DNA of 64,000 bases from a virus: the IMG/VR virus record IMGVR_UViG_3300042891_002337, positions 1 through 64,000 of that record. The stretch is one strand, 5' to 3'. A program made the position numbers and the translations under genes. The notes below the pieces were generated by a model. That model made no database searches and was not told the DNA's origin. It saw nothing but the letters and a program-made list of their open reading frames with translations. Below, one piece after another: positions 39,095-49,500 of the stretch. Each line of letters opens with the position of its first letter. The first letter of the stretch is position 1.

Positions 39095-40480
39095 TTACTT
39101 TGCGTTCATTACTTGTTGCCACTTTTCCTTCAGTGTCCTCTTCTTGGCATTGTCATCCTGTGACATTGCCTCCTGAAGTGAAAGTGCGTTCTCGTCCAGG
39201 ACTGTTATTGTAGACCTTGCCGTGTCGATGTGAACAGGGAAAAGCACTCCGTCCTTACCTGCTCGATTCTTTGCCACGAAGAGGCGTCCGGAGCCTGTTG
39301 CCTTCTCATTCGCCTTTCTCGAAAGGGAGAGGACAACGTCGGCAACCATTGCCTTTCCGTAGGCCTCAGACATATTTTCGAGTCCAACCACATCGGAATT
39401 TGCTGATTCCCTGTTAGCCTGTGATGCTGTCCAGATTGGTACGCTTCTCTCCATTGCAAGGTTTCGAAGCTCCTCATAGATCAGCTTCAGTTCGAGTCGA
39501 AGGGCATCATACTCACGGCTGGACCTCATGATGTCAGCATAGTCGATCAGGATCAGGTGAGGAACGAAGCCCTTCATTGCAAGCTTCTCAAGGTGATTTC
39601 GAAGCGTGTTCACCGTAGCAGTGCCGGTCGGGTACTCCTTGATGATAAGCCTACCGAGCTCCATGTCCTTGTACTTCTTGAGGACCTCCTCCTTGGAATC
39701 CTGCACCTCGTTTGATGGGATCTCACAGAGGTTGGAGTCGTAACGAATACCGACGGCGGTCTCGGTAAGTTCGAATGTGTAATGAACAACATTCTTTCCG
39801 ATGCGCAAGGCCGCCGATCCCATTGCCGTGAGGAAGTGAGACTTGCCAACGCCAGTGTTGGCCACCACAACTCCAAGCTCTCCCTTTCCAAGGCCACCAT
39901 TCATGATGGACTTTTCATCGAGTGCCGGAATTCCTGTGCTGCAGGCGTTTCGATTGATCTTCACGAAGCGAGCTTCGGCATCCTCGAAGAAGTCATGGCC
40001 GACTGATGCCGAAAGACCAACACTCACGGCAGACTTCATCGTCTCCAGGACGGCATCGTACTTGTCCTGAGCAATCAGCTCAACGGACTTCTCAAGTGCC
40101 TCTCGAAGTGCCTGCTTCTTGCAGAAGTCCAGGGACTTTTCCTTCACATAGGCAATGTCACCCATGTCAGGAGAGGACTTCATCCTGCTGAGGTAGTCCA
40201 CAATCTGGTCACGCAGGATTGTGTCATTGCCCTGTGAGAGGTCATCCTTGATGATGGATATCAGGAGTGACATCGTCGGGAATGTCTTGTACTTGCCATG
40301 GTACTTAAAGTACTTGTCAGCAAGGTATGAGAGGTACCTGAGGTCGAAGTAATCGTGCCTCATCACCTCAGTCATTTGTGCTGCCCAGTGGTGGTCTGTC
40401 AGGAGTCCTTGAAAGATTTTCTCCTGAAAGGGCTTTCCATACTGCTTGAAGAGGGCCTCAGCGGCCAGATTCTCTCGCAT
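39095..40480 (-). CDS. Replicative helicase (T4 gp41/DnaB-like)
   Basis: ANTGVGKS, YTFE, IDYAD, WTASQANR, KNR. Confidence 0.93.
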   Translation of the reverse strand: MRENLAAEALFKQYGKPFQEKIFQGLLTDHHWAAQMTEVMRHDYFDLRYLSYLADKYFKYHGKYKTFPTMSLLISIIKDDLSQGNDTILRDQIVDYLSRMKSSPDMGDIAYVKEKSLDFCKKQALREALEKSVELIAQDKYDAVLETMKSAVSVGLSASVGHDFFEDAEARFVKINRNACSTGIPALDEKSIMNGGLGKGELGVVVANTGVGKSHFLTAMGSAALRIGKNVVHYTFELTETAVGIRYDSNLCEIPSNEVQDSKEEVLKKYKDMELGRLIIKEYPTGTATVNTLRNHLEKLAMKGFVPHLILIDYADIMRSSREYDALRLELKLIYEELRNLAMERSVPIWTASQANRESANSDVVGLENMSEAYGKAMVADVVLSLSRKANEKATGSGRLFVAKNRAGKDGVLFPVHIDTARSTITVLDENALSLQEAMSQDDNAKKRTLKEKWQQVMNAK

Positions 40481-41434
40481 TCAATTCCTGAGATTGAGGG
40501 TGATGGTCAAATAAAATCTGTCGACATCAAATGTTTTGATCCCATGCTTCACAAGTTGTCTAATGAGACCCATCTTGTCGGGATTCGAAATGGGAATATC
40601 AAATGACGTGTTTATCTTCTGGACTTGGCTTGCACTGAGGTTGGAAACGTCCAGGCTCATGAGCTGCCAGTTTCTTCGTGCGACCTCTTTGTTCTCCATG
40701 ATCGACTTCAGGGCCTTGATTCGATCGATTTTGGGGTGGGTCTCGCACAATTCAATTATGTCTTCAACTGAGAGTTCATCCTCACCGGCAAGCTTCGGGA
40801 ACATGTTGACCATTGTCCGCAGGCCGACGCCTGGGATACCCGGAAGTGCGTCAGATGCATCTCCTGTGAAGCAGCGGGTAACACAAAGATTGTGAGGTGG
40901 GACACCAAATTTCTTTTGGACGAAGTCACAGTTCACAATCTCCTTGAGAGTGGGTGACCAGACCTGGACACGATCATCCACGAGTTGGAGGTAGTCATGG
41001 TCGGAAGAAACGATAAGGATGTTCCTATCCTTGAAATGGTACCTCGCCATATAGCCGATTACATCGTCTGCCTCGCAATCCGACACATAGGTCTGCCTGA
41101 TTGGAAGGAACTTCAACAATGAGACCAGGAGCTTCACCTGCCAGTTTCGGTTCTCAACCGTATCAGGAATGTCCCCCTCGTGGAACCTGTTTAGCTTCTG
41201 AGGTCTTCGGTTGTCCTTGTATTGGGGAAATATGGCCCGTCTACGTGATGATCCCCCACCTTCCCAGATTACAACGAGCGACGACGGCCTGTGATCCGCC
41301 ACCAGGGCACCGATGGACTTCATGAATCCAACGACGCCTCCGACGTGTTGCCCCTCCTCCATGAGTGGATTGGCAACGAAGTTGCGCACAAACAGGTTGT
41401 ACGCATCTACCAACATCACAGGACCGTCCTTCAC
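40481..41434 (-). CDS. 5'-3' exonuclease (Pol I N-terminal-like), second paralogue
   Basis: VDAYN, YKDNR, EADD, SSDHDYLQ, GDASDALPGIPGVG. Confidence 0.9.
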   Translation of the reverse strand: MKDGPVMLVDAYNLFVRNFVANPLMEEGQHVGGVVGFMKSIGALVADHRPSSLVVIWEGGGSSRRRAIFPQYKDNRRPQKLNRFHEGDIPDTVENRNWQVKLLVSLLKFLPIRQTYVSDCEADDVIGYMARYHFKDRNILIVSSDHDYLQLVDDRVQVWSPTLKEIVNCDFVQKKFGVPPHNLCVTRCFTGDASDALPGIPGVGLRTMVNMFPKLAGEDELSVEDIIELCETHPKIDRIKALKSIMENKEVARRNWQLMSLDVSNLSASQVQKINTSFDIPISNPDKMGLIRQLVKHGIKTFDVDRFYLTITLNLRN

Positions 41435-41437
41435 GGT

Positions 41438-42649
41438 TCACTCCGGAGAAACCATCTCGTCGTCACCGCCAAGGAGATCAGCGACTGCCTTCACCTCCTC
41501 GTAGGACTCAGGGTCGATGTCAACCGCAGCGGGGTTTGCCGCCAGTCGAACCATCGCCTTCTCAAGAAGTCCATCGACCCAAGGCTTGTAGTCAGGTGTG
41601 TTCATAATCTCACCAAAGTCAGCCTTATAGAACTTCTTCTCGATGATGTTGACATTCTGCTCGTTGGTGACTCGGAGGACCTTCCAGGAGCCTGAACCCT
41701 CGATCACCACCTGGTGCTCTTCCACCATGTCAGGCCCGTGGTCACGGAGGATGTCAAAGAGCTCCTCATGCTCCTCGATGCCTTGCCCGAAGATGATTCG
41801 GAAGTTCGCTGTGCGGAACGGCTTCGCCACCTTGTTCTTGATGGTCTTTGCAGAGACATTGATTCCAAGCACCTCATCGTTCGGTCCCTTGATCTGGGAG
41901 CCGGCACCAAGCTTGATTCTAACCGACGAGTGGAACGGAATTGCATTTCCGCCCGGTACCGCTGTCGGATCACCGTACATCACACCGATCTTTGTTCGAA
42001 TCTGGTTGAGGCAGACGAAGAGGACGCTCTGGTCACCAATGACACCTGTGATCTTACGCATTCCCTTGGAAAGTACTCGTGCCTGGAGGCCGATAGTATC
42101 CTTGTCGTAAGCGCCATCCAGCTCGGCCTTCGGGGACGATGCTGCCACCGAGTCCCAGATGATGGTGATCGGAACGTCCTTGTTGAGTGCCTTCGCCTTC
42201 AGGATGGTCTTCTCAGCAATATCGAAGACCTCCTCGGTACAGTGCGTATCCACGTAGACGAATCGCTTTCCGATGTTGACACCAAGAGCCTCCAGGTTCT
42301 CTGGGTTTGTAGCATTCTCAGTGTCGATGTAGACGGCAATTCCACCCATGCGCTGGGTTGATCGACAGATCTGCGCTGCGAGGTGTGACTTACCGATGGA
42401 CGGTGGACCGAACACCTCCACAATTCGACCCTCAGGAAGGCCACCATTCCGTCGGTTTGCGATGATGTAGTCGAGCCCCTTAGATCCTGTTGAGATCCAG
42501 CGCTTCACGTGAGTTGGTGATGTGTCCGACGCCAGGTTATAAGCGACTCGATGACCGAGGTCCTTGTTGAGCGAATCAATGAGGTCGGCGGTGAAATCCT
42601 CGGTGGCCGAGCTGGTCACCTCACCCGTACTTAGCTTCTTCCTTGCCAT
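41438..42649 (-). CDS. recA: RecA/UvsX recombinase
   Basis: GGLPEGRIVEVFGPPSIGKS, IDTE, DSVA, IGLQAR, NQIR, PGG. Confidence 0.96.
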   Translation of the reverse strand: MARKKLSTGEVTSSATEDFTADLIDSLNKDLGHRVAYNLASDTSPTHVKRWISTGSKGLDYIIANRRNGGLPEGRIVEVFGPPSIGKSHLAAQICRSTQRMGGIAVYIDTENATNPENLEALGVNIGKRFVYVDTHCTEEVFDIAEKTILKAKALNKDVPITIIWDSVAASSPKAELDGAYDKDTIGLQARVLSKGMRKITGVIGDQSVLFVCLNQIRTKIGVMYGDPTAVPGGNAIPFHSSVRIKLGAGSQIKGPNDEVLGINVSAKTIKNKVAKPFRTANFRIIFGQGIEEHEELFDILRDHGPDMVEEHQVVIEGSGSWKVLRVTNEQNVNIIEKKFYKADFGEIMNTPDYKPWVDGLLEKAMVRLAANPAAVDIDPESYEEVKAVADLLGGDDEMVSPE

Positions 42650-42668
42650 GTCATTTCTCTCCTAATCA

Positions 42669-42716
42669 ATTCTACAGTCTCTTTAAATGTGTTCACCCAG
42701 GTGTGAGCCTGGGTGA
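42669..42716 (-). promoter_or_regulatory. recA promoter TGAAC-N16-TAGAAT, overlapped by a hairpin after the SSB gene
   Basis: TCACCCAGG-TGTGAG-CCTGGGTGA at 42693-42716. Confidence 0.6.
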
Positions 42717-42733
42717 GACAACTTCAGGAACCT

Positions 42734-43558
42734 TTATTCGAGGTCTGCGAAGGCATCCTCAAGGTCATCCATGGTCTTCTTCTTGACAGGAGCCGAAGCA
42801 GGCTTGTTGCCACGAAGCTCAGCAAGGTCGTTCTCAATGGAGTCGGACTTGTTGCCACGGGTGAGGCCAACCTCCTTCTCGGAAGAGCTGGACTCACTTC
42901 CACCACCGAGCCAGTCATTCACTCGCTTCTCAATCTCCTCGACAGGAGTGAGCTCCTCGTAGTCGTCGATGTTCGGAATCGAGGAAAGCCAGGTCTTGAT
43001 CTGGTCCTTGTCCTTGGACAGAGGAGATGTGGTTCCGCGTGGGGTGACCTTGGTGTCTGCATACTGCTTTCCAGGAGTCTTGGTCACGGAGACCTTGACG
43101 TCTCGGCCCTCGAGGGGATCGGTGATGTCACCGTAGTCCTCATCCAGCATCAGCTTCAGGAGGTCCTGGTAGATCATCTTGCCGAATGCCCAGAGTCGAA
43201 CGCCTCGATCCTCCTCACCACGAACCACTACCGCAGCATAGGTGCGCATCTTCGGGTAGAGCTTCTTTGCAAGCTCACGACTTGCATCGGAGTTGTCCTC
43301 ACGAAGCTTGTTGATCAGCTCCTGGATCGGATCCTTCTTACCGAACTGGTAAGGGGCCAGGATTGCGGCTGCCTTGTCACCACCGATACCGTAGTAGTAC
43401 CAGCGATCCTTGAAGGGCTGACCGTCGTTGTTAGGAAGCGCGATGATTCGGACATTGTAGTCCTTGCCTTCCTCGGGTCGCCACATGATAGTGGACTTCT
43501 TGTTCTGGCCGGAGAGTTGGCCAAGCTTCTTACGGATTGCGTCAAAGTCGATTGCCAT
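42734..43558 (-). CDS. Single-stranded DNA-binding protein (T4 gp32-like)
   Basis: WRP...VRII, DPI, FGKMIY, DITDP.EGRD, acidic tail DDLEDAFADLE; next to recA. Confidence 0.85.
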   Translation of the reverse strand: MAIDFDAIRKKLGQLSGQNKKSTIMWRPEEGKDYNVRIIALPNNDGQPFKDRWYYYGIGGDKAAAILAPYQFGKKDPIQELINKLREDNSDASRELAKKLYPKMRTYAAVVVRGEEDRGVRLWAFGKMIYQDLLKLMLDEDYGDITDPLEGRDVKVSVTKTPGKQYADTKVTPRGTTSPLSKDKDQIKTWLSSIPNIDDYEELTPVEEIEKRVNDWLGGGSESSSSEKEVGLTRGNKSDSIENDLAELRGNKPASAPVKKKTMDDLEDAFADLE

Positions 43559-43672
43559 GATTGTTTGTCCTTGATTGTTGTTGAAGTAGTGAGGAACGGC
43601 GTCACCCCCGTCCATCACCTTATTGCGGAACCACCCGCAACAAGATTGTAGTAATTGTTTGTAAGTTGTTCA
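43559..43672 (-). promoter_or_regulatory. SSB promoter (TGAAC-N17-TACAAT) and structured 5' leader
   Basis: Two hairpins followed by an unstructured CA-rich tract. Confidence 0.6.
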
Positions 43673-44086
43673 GATCTTTGGTGAAAGATAGCTTATCACC
43701 TTTCTGCGAGATAGCTTTCCCTTGTTGCCGAATGGAGACTCGGATCCACCGAATGAGCTTGCTAGCTTCTCAACTGAGCTCTCATATGATTCAAGTGCAC
43801 GCTCAATCCTCTTCCGCTGCTTCTCCTTGTCGGAATCTCGAGACTTAGGAAGGTGGTCATCGAAACCTCCTATCGATGCAGATTCAGCAGGCATCACAGT
43901 GTTTGCATGCGCAGCAGACTCACCAAGATTCTTGTTCTTCTTCACCTTCGGCTCCATGCCGAGTGGAAGAGTGTAACCGGCAACGGCACCAGCACCCGAG
44001 AACTCATCGAGTTCTTCCTCGTCAAGCTCATCAAGTTCTGCCTTGAGCATCTCAGCAATCAGGATTCTTAGTGCCTTCTCTTCCAT
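43670..44086 (-). CDS. Hypothetical late protein (LRILIAEML leader)
   Basis: Late box ATAGTTA exactly 5 nt upstream. Confidence 0.75.
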   Translation of the reverse strand: MEEKALRILIAEMLKAELDELDEEELDEFSGAGAVAGYTLPLGMEPKVKKNKNLGESAAHANTVMPAESASIGGFDDHLPKSRDSDKEKQRKRIERALESYESSVEKLASSFGGSESPFGNKGKLSRRKVISYLSPKI

Positions 44087-44090
44087 GCAA

Positions 44091-44678
44091 TTAACTATTA
44101 CCGTCGCCGAAGACCCATTGGCGCGCCTGCATCAGGAGGATAGAAATTGTGGACTCGGAACCGATGTAAAATCGGTTCTCCTCACGGGACTGCCCACCTG
44201 AGACTGCAATCGCCTGCCACTCATCGTGAGAGAGATGTATTCCAAAGTGCTGTGCAAGGTACAGGCTCCTATGAGAGATCGGCATCTTTACCACCGACTC
44301 TCCGAACTTATACCTCTTCCCCTGCTTCAGGTGCCAGTCAGAGTCCTGTGGAACAAGGTAGTCCTGCCCGTTCTCAGGCCCGCCAAGTAGTCCAAGACTG
44401 TGACAGATCCCAACAACTATGATAGACTCATTGCTCACGTCAAGCTCAAGTGCCTTTGCAAGTGACCTCATTTTCTTGATTACTGAGAGTGTCGTGTCTA
44501 GCAAACCTCCTGAGTAGCAACCTGGTAGGTGACTTGCCGCAGATGCCGGTGCCATTAGATACCTCTCACCAAGAGAGTCAAGCATTCCGACTATTGCGTC
44601 TCTCCTCGTGCCTGTATTCTCAGCAAGCTTATTTAGAGTCTGCCACTTCGACTGAATCTGTTCTATCGATAGTTCCAT
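44091..44678 (-). CDS. HD-domain-like protein with degenerate metal ligands
   Basis: APAS...YSGGLL, CHSLG, HRSLYLAQHFGIHLS.DEWQAI. Confidence 0.65.
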   Translation of the reverse strand: MELSIEQIQSKWQTLNKLAENTGTRRDAIVGMLDSLGERYLMAPASAASHLPGCYSGGLLDTTLSVIKKMRSLAKALELDVSNESIIVVGICHSLGLLGGPENGQDYLVPQDSDWHLKQGKRYKFGESVVKMPISHRSLYLAQHFGIHLSHDEWQAIAVSGGQSREENRFYIGSESTISILLMQARQWVFGDGNS

Positions 44679-44701
44679 GTTTGACTATAACAACGGATTC
44701 G

Positions 44702-45346
44702 TCACTTTTTAGGGACATTGCCCTTATTCTGACTAGATTGTGGCGCCTTGGTGCCTGATGACTGCTTTTGCTCTGGTGGGTAACTGCTTGCAGTGACCCT
44801 TATGATTCCAGTGTCATTGCTGCTAAGCAACACAAAGTCTTTCTCAGGATTGAATTTGACCCATCCCATCTTTGATGCAGCGATCATAAGAAGGTTAATC
44901 CACCTGCCACAGGCAGCGGCGCTCTGTACGACATATGAGGGACCTGCGCTGGAGCCAAAGTAACCGGAGTTTGCCCTTGTTTCTCGCCTCCTCTCTACGA
45001 ACACAGAGTCACCTGACATAGAGACCTTGCCATACACTTGAGCAAGGTCTGCGTTGCTCATGGTAACCTGCTGCAAGAAATTCCTGACATCTTCTAGCTT
45101 ACCAGTCTGCGGCGTTGAGACCTTTGTGAATCCAAGCCTGTCGAACAGGGACTTTGGATTTGATGAAACGAGATTCTCAGCCGCAATGTATGCGTTGGAC
45201 CTTCTTCCTTTCGGTTTAGACCAGTCCTCCTCAGAGTCAAACGCTGACGTAACTTCGCCGCCTCCGAGCTCATCATCAGGGTCGATATCTCCCTGTTCCA
45301 AGAGAGTCCTGGCTATTGACTTTCTAATGAATTCTTCCCTAGTCAT
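44702..45346 (-). CDS. Hypothetical late protein (FIRKSIARTLLEQ leader)
   Basis: Late box at 45360-45366. Confidence 0.7.
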   Translation of the reverse strand: MTREEFIRKSIARTLLEQGDIDPDDELGGGEVTSAFDSEEDWSKPKGRRSNAYIAAENLVSSNPKSLFDRLGFTKVSTPQTGKLEDVRNFLQQVTMSNADLAQVYGKVSMSGDSVFVERRRETRANSGYFGSSAGPSYVVQSAAACGRWINLLMIAASKMGWVKFNPEKDFVLLSSNDTGIIRVTASSYPPEQKQSSGTKAPQSSQNKGNVPKK

Positions 45347-45362
45347 TGGTCACCGTGAATAA

Positions 45363-46508
45363 CTATTCATCCCAGATAGGGCCAAGGCTCAATGGAAATC
45401 TTCCAAGAGGAGAGACTTCAACTCCCATGCTCACCCTGTTACGAAGGTGTCCATACAGTTCAGGTGAAACATCGAGAATGAGGGCATCATGGAGTACGAA
45501 TATCGGAACGATTCCGTTTCCGACATGGGAACCAAGGTCCTGGATGAGTGTATTGAAGCCCAGCAGGGCAACGTCGACTGCCGTTGACTGTGTGTAGTGA
45601 GGGATCAGCAACCTGTCCTCACAGTCCTCGAGTGGCCTGCCAAAGCCGTTTGTGTTGCCTTCGGATCGAAGCCTTTGCATCAGTTCATCAATCTTAAAGA
45701 CCCTCTTGACCTCTTCTCTAATTGAGGATGAGACAGGATCATCATTCTTTGAGCCTTGACCGTACAGGACAGAAAGGGTTGGAACCTTGACCTTGGACCT
45801 TGAATGACCTCCGCCAATGCTTCGAGATATCCAGTCGTAGACATCCTCACCGTCTGGCTTCACACCAGCTGTGTAAAGAGCGACACGAGGCTCAAGCGAG
45901 ACATAATCTACCTGAAGTATCCTTCCTCCCGAGAACCTCGAAGATATCACACGCCTGTCTGCTTTCGATATTGTGAGAATCTTTGGTCCATCAATCACCT
46001 TGAGACGACCTGTCTGTGTCACCTGTGAGTACCTTGGAACAGCAGCAAACCTTCCTGATGTCGGAATGAATGACTCAACTGACGGTGACTTTCTCCTTGC
46101 TTCAAACTCGCGTGCGTCTATCGATGCAGGCTCAAGAGACATCAGTAGGCTTCGACACTTGATATGAGTGTCGACATACTTCTTAGTTGATTCGTCCTGC
46201 AACCAGTCAACAACTGATGAGTGCGCTGACTTCACAACAGAAAGGTACTTCTCCTTTCCTATTGCCTGCATCCAGGGAATCTCTGATGATGTGAGAGAAC
46301 CGTATGCATCCCGCTGGCCTTGTGACACTATTGACGGAGGTGTTCGACCAAAGAGAGACATTGACTCATCAAGTGACCTTGTCTCATTTTGACCTGACTC
46401 CATCCACCACGACTCTGGATCATGAGTCTTCGAGAATCTCTTCCCATCAAATTGAACTGACATTCCAGGAGAACATGACTTTTCAGGAATTGAGATCTTC
46501 ACTTGCAT
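45363..46508 (-). CDS. Minimal family-A DNA polymerase domain
   Basis: TGRL; motif A VDYVSLEPR; motif B R..VK...LSVLYG; QSTAVD; motif C LHDAL. Confidence 0.8.
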   Translation of the reverse strand: MQVKISIPEKSCSPGMSVQFDGKRFSKTHDPESWWMESGQNETRSLDESMSLFGRTPPSIVSQGQRDAYGSLTSSEIPWMQAIGKEKYLSVVKSAHSSVVDWLQDESTKKYVDTHIKCRSLLMSLEPASIDAREFEARRKSPSVESFIPTSGRFAAVPRYSQVTQTGRLKVIDGPKILTISKADRRVISSRFSGGRILQVDYVSLEPRVALYTAGVKPDGEDVYDWISRSIGGGHSRSKVKVPTLSVLYGQGSKNDDPVSSSIREEVKRVFKIDELMQRLRSEGNTNGFGRPLEDCEDRLLIPHYTQSTAVDVALLGFNTLIQDLGSHVGNGIVPIFVLHDALILDVSPELYGHLRNRVSMGVEVSPLGRFPLSLGPIWDE

Positions 46509-46538
46509 ATTCAAGTTTTATGACAAAGTTTTCATTGT

Positions 46539-49500
46539 TCATGAAGGAGACTTCTTTTCTAGTTTCTTCTGGAGCTCATCAACGACTTTCTTGATGGCAT
46601 TATCCTTGTCACTTATTGCAGACTGGAATTCAGAAAGAGCTGCTTCCTGAGCGCTTAGCTTCACACTGCTCAAGTTTTTGCTGAAACTAGACTGCAGTTC
46701 ACTTCTCCCAGTGTTCAATGGCAATCCTTGAACGTTTGAGATGGCAGCAGTAATGCTGCTGAGTATATTTCTTGATTCACCGCTAGTAGAGTATGAGGCT
46801 CTTGCTTCGTCAACATACTTCGCAGCCAATAGCAGTATTCTATCTGTGGCTTCGTGTACGCCTACAAACAGTCCTGTGCCTGACTTGTAGTAGGCCTCGC
46901 TGAGATCGATGACCTTCTCGCGGCCCATTGCATCTTCGACTGAGACTCTAAATGGTTGACAGTCTGCATTTTGTTCAGCATTACGTGACCTTCCATTGAT
47001 TGAGTTAATGAACTTCTTCCACAGAGTGTCAAGTACTTTATTGTAATCTTCAATAGCAGCCTTCTCGGCGTCACTCAGCGTTTGCCTCTTTGCTTGCTCG
47101 TCTTTCTGATGCTGTATGGCTATGTCCCTAGCGGCCTTTTGTTCCCTTACTCTATCTTCCTGAAGCTGTTGCTGCCTCTTCTCCTCTTCAATCAGTTTCT
47201 TCTGTGCGTCCTCCTGCATCCATCTAGAGAGGGCATTTGACATGTCTGTACCTGCAGACCTGAACGTAGCGTAAGAATCTCCTGTGTTCAACAGCTTTGA
47301 TGAAGTCGTGAAGGTACCAGGACTCAGTGTGTGGTCAACTGTGCTTATTGTGTAGATTCCGTCCAATGATGTCATAGTGTCAAGGTCGACGAAGAAAGAC
47401 TGCATTGGGTTCAAGAGAGGACAGCCGATCATTTCTACACTCATCTCAGCGGGAGTAATCCTCATAGGAATTCCTCTCAACTGGTCTGCGTTTGCTGGAT
47501 CTAACGCACTTGACTGTCCGCCTGCCGTGAGGGCGACGGTCGTAAGAGCTGGGTCTGACAGAGATGAGACTCCGATACTGTTTATTGCTCCGGCTCCTTG
47601 GCCATACCTGATAGTTGGCATTCCCTTAGAGACAAGCCTTTTGAGGGACTTTGCATCAGTAATTGAATTCTTTTGATCGATTGGTGTCTTATTTTCATCA
47701 GTCTTAGCGGTGGGTGCCTTTGACTCAGCAAGAGCAGGCTTCAAGACTCCCTTGTCTGTCAGGTACTTGTTCAATTTTGCGATGTCACTGCCAACAGACT
47801 TTGCCTCTGGTATGTTTGTGGACATGGGATGGTCAGGGTTGATATCAACCGATGAGAAGATCTTGTCCGCAGTGTCTCTAGCGCTCCTCAGCATATCGAC
47901 GTAGCTCGCGTGCGTTATGGACCTGCTGTCAGTCACATGAATTCTCAGGATAGGCTGAGAATTTGATCCCATGACACACTCGGAATAGAGTGAGATGGAC
48001 GGCTTCATATAGACACCGTCCTTGATCCCGGCTGCGTTTATAACTTTAGACTGCTTCTCAAGGATTGTAGAATCTACCTTGTCCTTGTCTGACTTTGGCA
48101 TGAACTTGCTGAATCCGTAAGCGAAAGATGAATCATTTCCAATGTGCTTCTCGTTCAACATCGTGATAAAATCGCCAATAGACATCTTTGGCTTCTGCTT
48201 CAAAAAGTCGGTAACATCCTTCTTCAGGATTTCATAGTCAAGTGGATGACGAGCAATGGAGACTGATCTCATGAATGAGGCTCGCCTGTTGTGCGTGTGA
48301 AAGATGAGCTGCACCTCTGCAAACTGTCCAGTCGAAGCAAGTGGTGCAGCTATGAAAGCATACAGGACCTTGCCAAGAGAGACGCAAGGTTTACTCACGC
48401 TTAATGAATCCTTTGCGCCAGGATTTCCCGGTGGAATGGTGACGCTTGAACTTGGTGAACCTGAAGATGTGAATGAGATTGGAAATATCTCTTGACTCTG
48501 GTAGAGATTCTCAAGCTTTTTCACGCCTTGCGCTGAGGAGCTTTCCTGTGCTTGTTTGACTGTCTGGAGAAGCCTTTGAATCTCGACACCAACCTTGCCA
48601 GCCTCTGATGGAGACTTGGCGAGCAAGTCAACATTCTTCTTAATCTCTTCGTATTTTTCAAGGTTCATCGAAAGTGCAGCGTCAGCTGACCCTATTCCTC
48701 CCATAATCACTTCTGGGAATGCCGTCTTCAGGGTGGATGTATCAGTCCCGCTTGATTCAATGTCATTGAATTGCTTGTTGATCTTCTTCACAAGCTCTTC
48801 TACAATCCGCACGCTCTCTTGAACTTCAGTGATCGATGTGTCAAGTGCAAACAGCCCGACCTGACTCTTGGATACAAGCTGTAGACTGATATTCACCTGT
48901 CCTGAGTCTGCAAAGTTGTAGCTTACGTTGTATGCCTCGTATGCTTCTCTTACTCGCATGCTGTTGAGAAATGCACCAATTGGATTGACGAAACCCCTTC
49001 CTGATGTTGTCTTCTTGCCATCTGGATGCGACCATCCGTACTCAAGGTAGAAAGTGGTCTTGTCTGTGCCGGCAAAGATCTCCGGCCTCAATAGGGGTGC
49101 GATTAGATTCATTCTTGACCTGTCGTGGAGGACGATTTCGAGAGTTGCGCTCTTGTAGACGTTCCATCCGCATGCAATGTTTGTTGTAATCTTTGCATTC
49201 GTGACAGTCATGAACGGTCTTGTCCTGTCAAGCACAGGAGTCGTAAAATTCTGGAGGTTTGACCTCTCAGTCATCATTGTCTGAGGGGTCGTGAACAGTT
49301 CCATTCCGCCGCCGCCCATTGAGAGCCTCACGGCATTCTTTCCGTCAGGCTTTGTAGAATCAAAACCGGTAGACAGAGAAATTCCTTCGTCTGCCCCATA
49401 CTTGAGAGACTTTAGGTTTGTAAGGACTTCCTTCTTGTCTCCTTTGAGGAAGCCGATGATATTGAAATAGGGAGGTGTTTCTATCGTTGATCCCTTCTTT

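Noticed and set aside
19797-42649. Inteins or introns in dnaE, nrdJ, helicase or recA
   Set aside because: Lengths are normal and no splice-junction or homing-endonuclease motifs were seen.
43559-43644. Possible tRNA or other small RNA gene
   Set aside because: No cloverleaf, T-loop or CCA end; better explained as an mRNA leader.
42713-43651. 312-aa plus-strand ORF (similar ones at 3264..4028, 25160..25948, 30707..31447)
   Set aside because: Antisense to well-supported minus-strand genes.
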